Shown piece by piece: positions 40,249 to 50,520 of a DNA stretch of 64,000 nucleotides (its first letter is position 1; each line of letters opens with the position of its first letter). The notes beneath the pieces were generated by a model. It saw only the letters and a program-made list of their open reading frames with translations. It made no database searches and was not told the DNA's origin. This DNA comes from Bdellovibrionales bacterium. Lineage in GTDB: Bacteria > Bdellovibrionota > Bdellovibrionia > Bdellovibrionales > UBA1609. The position numbers were made by a program, and so were the translations under genes. The stretch spans positions 128,001 through 192,000 of the forward strand of contig CBDBIB010000001.1 of the NCBI GenBank assembly GCA_965205945.1. Direction: 5' to 3'.

Positions 40249-40971
40249 AGGAATACTCCTCATATGTGTTTACTTTCCATGCTATAATATACTTTTAATT
40301 TAAACCCTTTCTTCTTAAACTTTCTTAATTTTTCTAAAAAATGTTACATTTATTAGCTTAAACTTAAAAAGTTCTCCTATGCTATCATATAAACCTACTT
40401 CGTAAAAATTTTTATTACCCACACTCCTAAACAAAGTAATTTTCTCACCTTAAGTAACGCTCGTTAATAACTTAAAACTCTTAGCCTACTTTATTTAGTA
40501 TAACTAGTCCCAAACTTAGAGTCGGTACTCATCCATATCTTTTTTTAGAATTTAGGTTTGATAACTAAACCTTATTAAAAGACCCTATGCTCTCTTTAAT
40601 GGGACTTATTGTAAAAGAAGAACTTATAAATATTATAATTACTGTATTAACACTAAGCTCTTAATGTAGTTTGTACGAGATAAAAATTAAACGCCGCTAT
40701 CTATTTATTACCCATAACTTCTTTAAAAAACAAAGGCCCACATTATTTAAATAGTTCTTAAAGGCTGTCCAGCAAAGTTACGGTAAACCTGCCAATAATA
40801 GGAAAACTCTTAAACTAAATTTTATAAAATCAGAAAGCATCCTTACTACCCTGTCTTAAAACCCTTTACCACCAAAGACTTTAGATTTTTTTTAAATAAA
40901 AACAAAAAAAGAACGCAAAAAGCTACCCCTATAGTCAATCTCGGGTTAGAACATAAAACAAAGGATTGAAT

Positions 40972-41892
40972 ATGACTAAAAAAGTTCGTGAGATTTTAAG
41001 CTGGTACAGTGCTGATAATCCAGGGGTTGTAACAAATCTTGCTAGAATTTTAAACCACGGAAAACTTGCTGGAACAGGTAAAATGGTTATCCTTCCTGTT
41101 GACCAAGGCTTTGAGCATGGACCGATTAAAACATTTGCAAAAAACCCTGCTGGCTACGATCCTGATTACCACTTTGAGTTAGCTATTGAATCTGGCTGCA
41201 GTGCTTATGCAGCTCCCCTAGGAGCTTTAGAAGCAAGTGCTACAAAATTTGCAAGTGAAATCCCTATGATTTTAAAAATTAATAATTCTGATGCTTTAAA
41301 CTCTGCTAAAGGCTCTCCCATTTCAGCCCTAACTTCTTGTGTAGATGACGCCTTAAAACTAGGTTGTATAGGAATTGGATTTACAATTTACCCTGGATCA
41401 ACCAAAAGAAAACAAATGTATGAAGAGATTGCAAATGCTGCAAGAGCAGCTAAAAAAGTTGGCCTTGTTGTTATAATTTGGTCATATTCAAGAGGTGAAG
41501 AGCTTTCTACAGAGGGTGAAACTGGAATTGATGTAATTTCTTATGCAGCTCAAATAGCAGCTCAACTTGGCGCACACATTATTAAAGTTAAGGCCCCTAC
41601 AGCTCACATTGAACAAGAGGAAAACAAAATTGCTATTAAAGAAAATAACGTTGATATAAGCACTCTTAAAACAAGAACCCAGCTTGTTTTAAAATCTTCT
41701 TTTAATGGAAAACGTATTGTAATTTTTAGTGGTGGGAATAAAAAGAGCACTGAAAAAGTTCTTGCAGAAACTAAAGGCCTTGCTGCTGGTGGAAGCTTTG
41801 GAGCTATCATTGGCCGTAATGCTTTTCAAAGACCTAAAGCTGAAGCTATCAGTTTACTTAACCAGATAATAAAAATTTACCAAAATTCATAA
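40972..41892 (+). CDS. fbaB: Class I fructose-bisphosphate aldolase (DhnA/FbaB type)
   Basis: ILPVDQGFEHGP, GFTIYPGS, AQLGAHIIKVK, IIGRNAFQRP. Confidence 0.92.
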   Translation: MTKKVREILSWYSADNPGVVTNLARILNHGKLAGTGKMVILPVDQGFEHGPIKTFAKNPAGYDPDYHFELAIESGCSAYAAPLGALEASATKFASEIPMILKINNSDALNSAKGSPISALTSCVDDALKLGCIGIGFTIYPGSTKRKQMYEEIANAARAAKKVGLVVIIWSYSRGEELSTEGETGIDVISYAAQIAAQLGAHIIKVKAPTAHIEQEENKIAIKENNVDISTLKTRTQLVLKSSFNGKRIVIFSGGNKKSTEKVLAETKGLAAGGSFGAIIGRNAFQRPKAEAISLLNQIIKIYQNS

Positions 41893-41893
41893 A

Positions 41894-43396
41894 ATGAACA
41901 AAATACACACTCAACAAGCCACCACATCCTCAAAAAACCCCTTATATACAGAGAAAATTTCTAAACTTAAAAAACTACGAGAATTAGGAATTAACCCTTA
42001 TCCTCATAATTTTGACAAACAGGATTCTTTAATCGATCAGCATACACGTATTAAATCCATTAAACCTGGCGAAAAAACAAAGATCTGTGTTAAAGTTGCA
42101 GGTCGGTTAATGACTAAACGCCTTATGGGTAAGGCCGCTTTTTTTAACATTCAAGATCAAGATGGAAATATGCAAGTTTATGTTAAAACAGCAGAACTTT
42201 CAAAAAAGGCAGCTCAAGCATTTTCTTTAGTTGACATTGGTGACATTGTTGGTGTTTCAGGAATTTTATTTAAAACACAAAAAGGCGAACCTTCAATCTA
42301 TGCAAAAGATTTTAAAATTCTTTGTAAAGCCTTAGAACTGTTCCCAGAAAAGCATCATAGTTTAACAGATAAAGAACTCAGATACCGCTATAGACACTTA
42401 GACCTTATTATGAATCCTAAGACTCGCAAAATATTTAAAATACGTTCAAAGGTGATCTCAAGTATTAGAAACTATTTAGATTCTAAAGGCTTTCTGGAAG
42501 TAGAAACTCCAACCCTACAGCCAATTTATGGTGGAGCTAGAGCATACCCTTTCTCAACCCATCATAAAGTTTTAGATATGAAGCTTTTTTTAAAAATCAG
42601 CCCTGAGCTTTACCTAAAAAGACTTATAGTTGGTGGGTTTGAAAAAGTCTATGAAATTGGAAAAAACTTTAGAAATGAAGGCGTGGACAAAACTCATAAC
42701 CCAGAATTTACAATGCTTGAATACTATGAGGCCTATACAGACTATGAATATCAAATGAAACAATTTGAAGATATTGTTTCTTATTGCGCAAAAAAAGTTA
42801 CTGGAAGCATGGTTGTTGAATACGACAACAAGAAGCTAGATCTTTCACCTCCATGGAATAGATTGACTGTTTATGATGGAATTAAAAATTATGCTAATGG
42901 ACTAGATGTTCAAACAAAATCACCCCTTGAGCTTTTAAATTTCGTTAAAAAAATCAATCCAAAATATTCGGGAGCTAAAACCCATGGTCATCTTACTATG
43001 GAGCTTTTTGACTACTATGTAGAACCTCATATTTGGGAACCTACTTTCATTACAGATTATCCAAAAGAAATTTCACCCTTAACAAAGACTCACAAATCAA
43101 ACTCTAAGTTAGTTGAACGTTTTGAGCCTATTTGTGCTGGTATGGAGATTGGAAACGCCTACACTGAGCTTAATGACCCCATTGACCAAAGAAAACGTTT
43201 AACAGCTCAAGAAGCTTTGCGTATGATTGATGAAGAAGCTCAACCTATGGATAATGACTTCTTGCATGCAATTGATGTAGGAATGCCTCCAACAGGCGGT
43301 GTAGGAATAGGCATTGAACGTATTGTTATGCTTATTACAGGACAAAGCAGTATTCGTGATATCTTACTCTTTCCCACAATGAAACCGAAAAACTAG
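41894..43396 (+). CDS. lysS: Lysine--tRNA ligase (class II)
   Basis: OB-fold VAGRLM..R.MGKAAF; RYRYRHLDL; FRNEG..HNPEFTMLEYY; GMPPTGGVGIGIER. Confidence 0.97.
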   Translation: MNKIHTQQATTSSKNPLYTEKISKLKKLRELGINPYPHNFDKQDSLIDQHTRIKSIKPGEKTKICVKVAGRLMTKRLMGKAAFFNIQDQDGNMQVYVKTAELSKKAAQAFSLVDIGDIVGVSGILFKTQKGEPSIYAKDFKILCKALELFPEKHHSLTDKELRYRYRHLDLIMNPKTRKIFKIRSKVISSIRNYLDSKGFLEVETPTLQPIYGGARAYPFSTHHKVLDMKLFLKISPELYLKRLIVGGFEKVYEIGKNFRNEGVDKTHNPEFTMLEYYEAYTDYEYQMKQFEDIVSYCAKKVTGSMVVEYDNKKLDLSPPWNRLTVYDGIKNYANGLDVQTKSPLELLNFVKKINPKYSGAKTHGHLTMELFDYYVEPHIWEPTFITDYPKEISPLTKTHKSNSKLVERFEPICAGMEIGNAYTELNDPIDQRKRLTAQEALRMIDEEAQPMDNDFLHAIDVGMPPTGGVGIGIERIVMLITGQSSIRDILLFPTMKPKN

Positions 43397-43402
43397 TCTC
43401 TA

Positions 43403-45532
43403 ATGAAATGGCTTCCCTCAACAGAGCTACAATTTTTAAAGGGCGTGGGACCAAAATACGCTGAGTTCTTAAAAAAAAAAGGACTCTATACTTTTAAAGA
43501 CCTTGTAGAGTTTTACCCAAGAGTTTACCAAAATCTTTCATACAATAAAAAAATCAATGACCTTATTGAGGGTGAAGTAACTTCTTTAAAAGTACGTGTA
43601 ATCAGGGTAAGAACACAAAATATTTCAAGAGTTAAGAAAATAACCATACTCATGCTCACTGATGGAAAGGATATTCTTGAAGCCAAGTACTTTAAAATAC
43701 CTTATCGTGGCTACTTTAATCAGTTTGAACCTGGAGCAGTTGTTCAAATCTCGGGTAAAGTTAAAGTTTATAAAAATAAATTTGAAATCATACACCCAGA
43801 TATAAGCTTTATTAAAGAAGATAGCACTGATGCAATCAACCCTGCTTTAACACCTAAAACAGGAGTTCTTCCTGTTTACTCAGAAAGCGACGGCCTTAGT
43901 CAAAAAAAAATTCAAACTTTAATTACTAATATATTTAAAAATCTTAATGATGAATTCAAGACTAGTGGAAATGTTTTAAATCCTTGGACTTATCCGCTTA
44001 TCCCAAAAGAAATTCAAGAAAAATATAAACTTTTAGATAGATGGTCCGCTATTATAAAGCTCCACTTTCCTCCTAAAGATTCTGATATTAAGACTTATAC
44101 TGACGGCAGAACTAGAGCCCATCTGACTTTAATTTTTGAAGAATTTTTTATACTAGAGCTTCTAACAGCTTTAAGAAAAGCTCACTATGTTAAAGCAAGC
44201 CTTAAACCTTACCCTAAGACTCAAATATATTTAGATGAATTCTTAAAAACACTTGCTTTCCCCCTCACAAATGACCAGCTTAAATCTTTAAAAGATATCA
44301 CTAACGATTTTAAAAAAGATCATCCTATGCATAGACTTGTCCAAGGTGATGTAGGTTCAGGCAAAACACTTGTGGCTCTCGCTAGTGCTTACATCTCTAT
44401 TAAAAATAAAAAGCAAGTCGCTATAATGGTTCCTACAGAAATATTAGCCCAGCAACACTTAGCAAACGTAAAAAAACACTTAGGGCCTCTTGGTGTAAAA
44501 TCAGCATGCATCACAAGAAAATTAAAAGAATCGCAAAGACAAGACATCGAGGAGAGCCTAACCTCAGGTAAAATCAACCTTATTATTGGAACACACGCAC
44601 TTTTTGAAGATCGTGTTCAATTTAAAAACTTATCATTTGTAATTATTGATGAACAGCACCGCTTTGGTGTTCACCAAAGACAAAAGCTTAAGAATAAGGG
44701 CCGTCATCCTCATTTTCTAGTGATGACAGCTACTCCTATTCCAAGAACCCTTGCCATGACAGTTTATGGTGATTTAGATGTGAGTCTTATTAAAGAAATG
44801 CCTCCAGGAAGAAACCCTGTAAAGACTAAAAAATTCTTTCAAAAAGAACGACTAAATGCCTTAATAACTGTCATGAAAGAAGTTAAAAAAGGACGACAAG
44901 CTTATTTTATTTTTCCATTAGTTTCCGAAAGTGAAACGCTTGATTTAAAATCAGCAGAATTTGAATTTAAAGAGCTTTCAAAATATTTTAACGCCCACAC
45001 CATTGAACTCTTACATGGCCGCATGAAACCCCAAGAAAAAGAGCAGATCATGCAAAATTTTAGAGACAAAAAAACACAAATATTAGTATCAACAACAGTT
45101 ATTGAGGTTGGTGTTGATGTTGCGAACGCAACTGTTATAGTTATTGAAAACTGTGAACGCTTTGGCTTATCTCAACTTCACCAACTCCGTGGTCGTGTTG
45201 GTCGAGGCAACTATAATAGCCAGTGTTTTTTAATACTTGGAAATAAATTTTCACAAGAAAGTCTCCTTAGGGCAAAAGTCTTAGAAAAAACTACAAACGG
45301 CTTTACCATTGCTGAAGAAGATCTAAAACTTAGGGGTCCTGGTGAGATTTTAGGTGCTCGTCAATCAGGTCTTCCCACATTTAAACTTGCTGATCTTTTA
45401 AAACATCAAAGGGTTTTAATTGAGGCTAGAAGCGCTGCTTTTAAATGGGCCTTAAATCCTAAAAGCCAAGAACACATTAAAGAAATACAAAGACTTTTTG
45501 CCAACAAACTTGAACTCATTAATATTTCTTAA
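43403..45532 (+). CDS. recG: ATP-dependent DNA helicase RecG
   Basis: QGDVGSGKT, DEQHRFGV, MTATPIPRTL, LSQLHQLRGRVGRG, DLKLRGPGE. Confidence 0.97.
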   Translation: MKWLPSTELQFLKGVGPKYAEFLKKKGLYTFKDLVEFYPRVYQNLSYNKKINDLIEGEVTSLKVRVIRVRTQNISRVKKITILMLTDGKDILEAKYFKIPYRGYFNQFEPGAVVQISGKVKVYKNKFEIIHPDISFIKEDSTDAINPALTPKTGVLPVYSESDGLSQKKIQTLITNIFKNLNDEFKTSGNVLNPWTYPLIPKEIQEKYKLLDRWSAIIKLHFPPKDSDIKTYTDGRTRAHLTLIFEEFFILELLTALRKAHYVKASLKPYPKTQIYLDEFLKTLAFPLTNDQLKSLKDITNDFKKDHPMHRLVQGDVGSGKTLVALASAYISIKNKKQVAIMVPTEILAQQHLANVKKHLGPLGVKSACITRKLKESQRQDIEESLTSGKINLIIGTHALFEDRVQFKNLSFVIIDEQHRFGVHQRQKLKNKGRHPHFLVMTATPIPRTLAMTVYGDLDVSLIKEMPPGRNPVKTKKFFQKERLNALITVMKEVKKGRQAYFIFPLVSESETLDLKSAEFEFKELSKYFNAHTIELLHGRMKPQEKEQIMQNFRDKKTQILVSTTVIEVGVDVANATVIVIENCERFGLSQLHQLRGRVGRGNYNSQCFLILGNKFSQESLLRAKVLEKTTNGFTIAEEDLKLRGPGEILGARQSGLPTFKLADLLKHQRVLIEARSAAFKWALNPKSQEHIKEIQRLFANKLELINIS

Positions 45533-45988
45533 AAAAAAGCTATAATATAAATAGCTTAAACTTTAAAAGTTTCACTTAAAATCTAGAAAATAAAGTAAAT
45601 AAAAAAAATTCTTAACTGTGCATTTAAACCCCAATGACTCTAAGCTTTAAAGAAACTGATTACTCAAAAAAATACAGAAGAAAGACTAAACTCAACCTTT
45701 CCACTTAAGCTTTTACAAATAATTATATATAGACTTTATTACATATTAAGATATTATTTACTATGGCCTTACTTTTTATACGATGAAAAAGCACTTAAGA
45801 TACTTGTTTTAAACTCGGTCAATTATAAAAAATATGCTTAAAAAGCCTCTCCAGCTCAAAATTCTATCTTTTTTGTCAAGAATCCATTAGGATTTTATTT
45901 GTATTTAAACAAGAAACGCTCTGGACTTGTCATATAAACAAAGATCTTATTAAAATAAAAAAACATTAATATTTCATGGGAGTAAAAA

Positions 45989-46639
45989 ATGAAAACAATT
46001 TACTTATTAATATTAACACTATTTACAGCCTCATCTTTTGCAAAAATGTCTTCAGACAGTCAATCATGGAATTCTTTAAACTTTAAAACAAAAATCCAAA
46101 ACCTACGCCTAGCCGTGCAAACAGAGGCACGGTATTCTAAAGAAAGTACAGAGATTTTTGAAGAACATATAAAACCCTACTTAGGCTATAAAACTAATTT
46201 TGGCGAATTTGGAGTTGTTTTTTCTTATTTAACTAATAACTCTTTTTCTAATGAATTTGAAAAACGATACGCTTTTCAATATGGCCTTAAGATTATTCAA
46301 AACTACTATATAAATTACAGCATCAGATATCGCTATGAATTCCGTGATTTTAAAGATCAGTCTAGAATTGCACAAAGAACTCGCCTTAGAAATCAAGTAA
46401 AACTAACTTCTCTAAAAACTTACAAATGGACTCCTTTTGTAAGTAGTGAATTAAATTTCTACCTTAATAACACCGACAAAGGACCTAATGGATTTTCATC
46501 TCACCGAACTCTTATAGGCATTACAAGAAAATTTAAAAAAATTAATTTGTCAGTAAATTATATAAATAATTACAAAGTTAAAAATAACAATTCAAATATG
46601 AGACAAGCTTTAGGGCTTGGAATAGATTTTAATATATAG
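45989..46639 (+). CDS. DUF2490-like outer-membrane beta-barrel protein
   Basis: Signal peptide; QSW, EARY, EKRYAFQ, RYRYEFR, RTRLR, PFVSSE; C-terminal GIDFNI. Confidence 0.72.
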   Translation: MKTIYLLILTLFTASSFAKMSSDSQSWNSLNFKTKIQNLRLAVQTEARYSKESTEIFEEHIKPYLGYKTNFGEFGVVFSYLTNNSFSNEFEKRYAFQYGLKIIQNYYINYSIRYRYEFRDFKDQSRIAQRTRLRNQVKLTSLKTYKWTPFVSSELNFYLNNTDKGPNGFSSHRTLIGITRKFKKINLSVNYINNYKVKNNNSNMRQALGLGIDFNI

Positions 46640-46647
46640 CCCCCCTA

Positions 46648-47871
46648 TTAACCTAAGAGTTTTGCTTTAATAGTAGACTCTTTCTTTCTTAACTTATCTA
46701 TTAATTTAGAATTAATACTTTTATCTGCTTTAAAATCTAGTATCAAATACCCTATGTTACCTTTTGTCGCTAAACTTTGATATATGATGTTCACCCCTAA
46801 GTCATAAATTAAAGAGTTTACTTCTCCTAAAATTCCTGGCTGATTTTCATGAATATGAACAAGTCTTATAGCTCCCTTTTGAATACGTGGAGCTCTAATT
46901 TTTGGAAAATTCACAGCTGACATAGTATCCCCTAAGGTGAAATATTTTTGAAGACTCAAGCTCACTTCTTTACCAATAGCTTTTTGAGCCTCCTCTGTTG
47001 ACCCCCCTATGTGAGGAGTTAAAATTACATTCTTAAGACTTAATAACTCTGATTTAAAATCCCCACCATTTTTTCTTGGCTCTTTTGGATAAACATCAAT
47101 TGCAGCACCCGCTAGATGCTTTTGTTTTAATGATGCTGATAAGTCCTTAATATTAACAACTGTTCCTCTACTTGCGTTAATAAGATAAGAACCTTTTTTC
47201 ATTTTAGAAAGCTCACAAGCACCAATCATATTTTTAGTTTGAGGTGTTTCTGGAACATGAAGAGTTACAAAATCTGACTTTAAAAGAAGACTATCTAAAG
47301 AACTTACTGAAGATATATTTCCTAAAGGAAGTTTTACAGATATATCATAAAATAAAACCTTCATGCCCAATGATTCAGCTAAGAGTCCAACCTGAGTTCC
47401 TATATGCCCATAGCCAATAATACCCAGTGTTTTCCCCCTAATTTCACAAGACCCTTGTGCTTTTTTCTCCCAGATACCTTGATGTAACAAAGTTGAAACA
47501 TGAAATAATTTTCTAGAAAGTGCTATAATTTCACAAAGAACAAGCTCAGCAACAGCTCTAGTATTGCCATAGGGAGCATTAAAAACCGGAATACCTTTTA
47601 AAGCACAAGCCCTTAAATCTATTTGATTTGTTCCTATACAAAAAGCTCCAACAGCCTCTAAATTTGAGGATTTTTTTATAACATCTTGTGTAATATGAGT
47701 TTTTGATCTGACCCCTACACCTAAAGCTCCCTGAAGTTTTAAAATTAAATCCTGCTCTAACAAAGCCTCTTTAAACTCATCAACTATAAAACCTTCTAAG
47801 GTTAAATACTCAGCCCCAGAACTATGGATTCCTTCTAATAATAATACTTTTTCCATAATGAATAACCTCAT
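46648..47871 (-). CDS. serA: D-3-phosphoglycerate dehydrogenase
   Basis: FCIGTNQIDL, GYGHIG, NASRG, TPHIGGSTEEAQ, C-terminal ACT domain (HENQPG). Confidence 0.95.
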   Translation of the reverse strand: MRLFIMEKVLLLEGIHSSGAEYLTLEGFIVDEFKEALLEQDLILKLQGALGVGVRSKTHITQDVIKKSSNLEAVGAFCIGTNQIDLRACALKGIPVFNAPYGNTRAVAELVLCEIIALSRKLFHVSTLLHQGIWEKKAQGSCEIRGKTLGIIGYGHIGTQVGLLAESLGMKVLFYDISVKLPLGNISSVSSLDSLLLKSDFVTLHVPETPQTKNMIGACELSKMKKGSYLINASRGTVVNIKDLSASLKQKHLAGAAIDVYPKEPRKNGGDFKSELLSLKNVILTPHIGGSTEEAQKAIGKEVSLSLQKYFTLGDTMSAVNFPKIRAPRIQKGAIRLVHIHENQPGILGEVNSLIYDLGVNIIYQSLATKGNIGYLILDFKADKSINSKLIDKLRKKESTIKAKLLG

Positions 47872-48101
47872 TTAATAATTATAAAGGGACTTTGCCCCAT
47901 TGACTCATTTAAAACAATCAGAGATTTTTTCATAAATTCTTATTTTCTAATACCTTTTATAATAACAAAAGATTATCACTGCAATTATGAGCGTGATCCT
48001 AATTGTGACTATTTGATCTATGATGGTTTCTGGAATTTTTTTTAAAAAAAATCCTAATTGAGAAATAACTGCTACTAGACACTACCACCTAAAAAAATCA
48101 A

Positions 48102-48276
48102 CTAATATAAATAAACAGCACCTGATTGAATTATTATCCCCCTCACCAAACAACATCTATTACACTACTGCCCTTACCATTTTGCCCCACAACCAAAGTG
48201 TTGCCATCACCACTTAAACTAAGGCTATAACCAAACCACTCCTCCTCATGGGTATTAGTGACTTTAATGTTTGCTT
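48102..48276 (-). pseudogene. Decayed remnant of the last repeat of an FG-GAP protein paralog
   Basis: Aligns to 38473 onward, including the stop (ctaatataaataaac.gcacctga). Translates as ANIKVTNTHEEEWFGYSLSLSGDGNTLVVG...GEGDNNS/SGAVYLY* with frameshifts. Confidence 0.85.
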
Positions 48277-48623
48277 AAGGTCACACAAAGATGTGAGTGT
48301 CTTTAAAAAAAATTAAATCCCTACAATAACCCCTCTAAATTTTAAAAAATAAGCTAAAAGCGCCTTAGCATAAGCAAAAGTATAGCTTTATTATTTAATA
48401 AAGTTCTTTTCCATAAGAGTGTTTAAATTATAATTATATTCTTACTGACTTTAGCTGCTTAAGCTGGCATCAACTTTTTTAGGAAAGAGTATATGTACTG
48501 GTTAAAAATTACACGATTTTATAAAGTTTTCATTGTATGCTCATAATTGTTACTATTAGCGTGCTATTTTTTGCTGGATATTGTAACAGTAGTTCTAACG
48601 TAATTAAAAGCTAGGAGTTAAAA

Positions 48624-49808
48624 ATGAGTAAATATGTTGTTTCATTTATTATAAGTACAATCTTAGTGTTCTTTAATGCACATGCAGATAGTTTAAGCGA
48701 GCTTAAAGGACTCGAAAGTGTGGGAAGTGGATCAAGCGAAAACTCTCCATCTCAGGTTGTGATTTTAAATCATACCCCAAGTCAAAACCAAGCTCAGAAA
48801 ACTAAATCTTTAAATTCTTCAAAACAAAGGTATAAAGCTAGATCTGGTTGGGGAAACGGTGAATCTTTAGAGGCCTTAAGAGAAAGCCGTATAGATGACG
48901 AAGCTAATAATGAGCAAATTTTAATGGAAAAACTTGAAACTTCTAGAATTAAAGACGAGAAATCACGACTAAGAAGACTTTTTAAAGTAAGAAAGTATAA
49001 CAAAAGAAAGTATGAAGAAATAAACGAGGATGAAGATTATGACTCAGAATCAGAAATTGATTTTTTAGAATCGGACTATGAATCTACAACAAGATACCCT
49101 CTACCTCAAAGAAATAGAAAAGTTGTAAAAGTGATCAATACTCCAATTATGGCAAGTGCAACAACTATAACTCCAGACACTCCAGACACTCCAGTATTAC
49201 AAAGCACATCAAAAACATTTGTATCTAACGATTATTCTTTAAGACCTTACTATATAAAAGGTCAATTTGGCATGGGTAAATACTTTGCAGCAAACAATAC
49301 TAAAACTCCAATAGGAAATTCTAGCTGGGGTTTTTCTGTTGGAAAACATATTGATAACAATTGGATTATTGAAATTGGTCTGTATAAAACTTCTTATGAA
49401 GTTAATGACCCAGGTGCATCTGTTATTCAAACTTATGATTTTAATAATCGCTATTCATACTCACAAACCAGAAGTCTTGGGCAGTATAACTTTTCAGGTC
49501 TGTTAGGTTTTAAACTTATCGACACTAATAATATTTTAGGAAGTTTAAGAGGTGGTCTTTCTTACGTAAAGAGAAATTCAGAGTCCTCAGATATTCCTGG
49601 AGCTCAAACTTTTAATTCCAATACAATTGACAGTTTATTAGGTGCGGGTATTGATGTTGGAGTTGCTGAAAATGTTATGCTTACAGCCTCTTTTGATTAT
49701 TATTCTAATTTGTTAAATGATATCGGAAGTACAAACTCACAAATAGTAAAAAGAGTTGAAACAGCTAATTACTATGTTGTCGGCCTGGGTCTTAAATTTA
49801 ACTTCTAG
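48624..49808 (+). CDS. Outer-membrane beta-barrel protein with N-terminal coiled-coil/low-complexity extension
   Basis: Signal peptide ending AHA; C-terminal OMP barrel ending LGLKFNF; SD AGGAG. Confidence 0.75.
   Translation: MSKYVVSFIISTILVFFNAHADSLSELKGLESVGSGSSENSPSQVVILNHTPSQNQAQKTKSLNSSKQRYKARSGWGNGESLEALRESRIDDEANNEQILMEKLETSRIKDEKSRLRRLFKVRKYNKRKYEEINEDEDYDSESEIDFLESDYESTTRYPLPQRNRKVVKVINTPIMASATTITPDTPDTPVLQSTSKTFVSNDYSLRPYYIKGQFGMGKYFAANNTKTPIGNSSWGFSVGKHIDNNWIIEIGLYKTSYEVNDPGASVIQTYDFNNRYSYSQTRSLGQYNFSGLLGFKLIDTNNILGSLRGGLSYVKRNSESSDIPGAQTFNSNTIDSLLGAGIDVGVAENVMLTASFDYYSNLLNDIGSTNSQIVKRVETANYYVVGLGLKFNF
49170..49194 (+). repeat. 9-bp tandem repeat (ACTCCAGAC x ~2.7) encoding TPD-TPD-TP
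   Basis: actccagacactccagacactccag in the linker before the barrel. Confidence 0.7.
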
Positions 49809-50456
49809 TAGCCCCCATTATGCTGTATATGGAGTAATAACCTTAAGCCAATCATCTAAAAAAAACTTTAAATCAGAGACTATTTAACATAATAACGTCG
49901 CTTAAAACTGCTTTACCCACTCCTTATTACACTTGATTCAACTAAACCACCACCCCCCCGCCCCCCTCCAGTCCTTTCTATTGATTTAACCGCCGTCATG
50001 ATGTCTCAAAGTTATTTGATCGTGCACTCACTGCATGTTCATTGGCTAAACCTAACCCTATATATGCAACAACCGGATAAGCATGAAGATTTTCCTATTT
50101 CAAATAGCCTCATATTTCTAACCTCCGTGTTAAAAATATTAAATATGCCATCTTTATATTTTATACCAAATAGCCCTTAAACCCTTTAAATTCAAAGTGT
50201 GTCGGCCCTGCCTTTAATAGGGGCAAGAAACAACATGACGTTTCTCACCTACTCTCCACCGTGATAAAGAGACACAAGCAAGTCGTAAACTCCCAACAAA
50301 GACCCATTAAAGCTTTAAGCAGAAGCAAATATGCTACGATAACAAAAACCTTATCGCAGAGAAATGGCCTTAATCTTTCTTTAAAAAACATGTGGAGCAC
50401 TTGCTATAAGGTTAAAAATTTGATAGACAAACCAAGTAATTAAAGGATTTGACTTT

Positions 50457-50486
50457 AAGGGCAGCCTGCATGGGAGCCCTTTTTTT
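50457..50486 (+). terminator. rimP-leader hairpin with U-tract (putative attenuator)
   Basis: AAGGGC-agcctgcatggga-GCCCTT-TTTTT about 35 nt upstream of rimP. Confidence 0.6.
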
Positions 50487-50520
50487 GTTCAAAATTAAAA
50501 TTTCTAAGGGATATACGAAT

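Noticed and set aside
48102..48276. FG-GAP remnant as the template repeat of a diversity-generating retroelement
   Set aside because: No reverse transcriptase in the window. Differences from the gene are not adenine-specific and include indels.
49882..49909. dif site (perfect XerD arm ATTTAACATAA at 49882-49892)
   Set aside because: No XerC-like arm 6 bp away (CGCTTAAAACT). An AT-rich 11-mer can occur by chance.
50230..50265. CTCTCCACC as a tRNA or tmRNA 3' end upstream of rimP
   Set aside because: No T-loop GTTCRA or acceptor stem can be formed.
49998..50443. Two 60-aa + strand ORFs
   Set aside because: No SD, no motifs and atypical composition; likely spurious.
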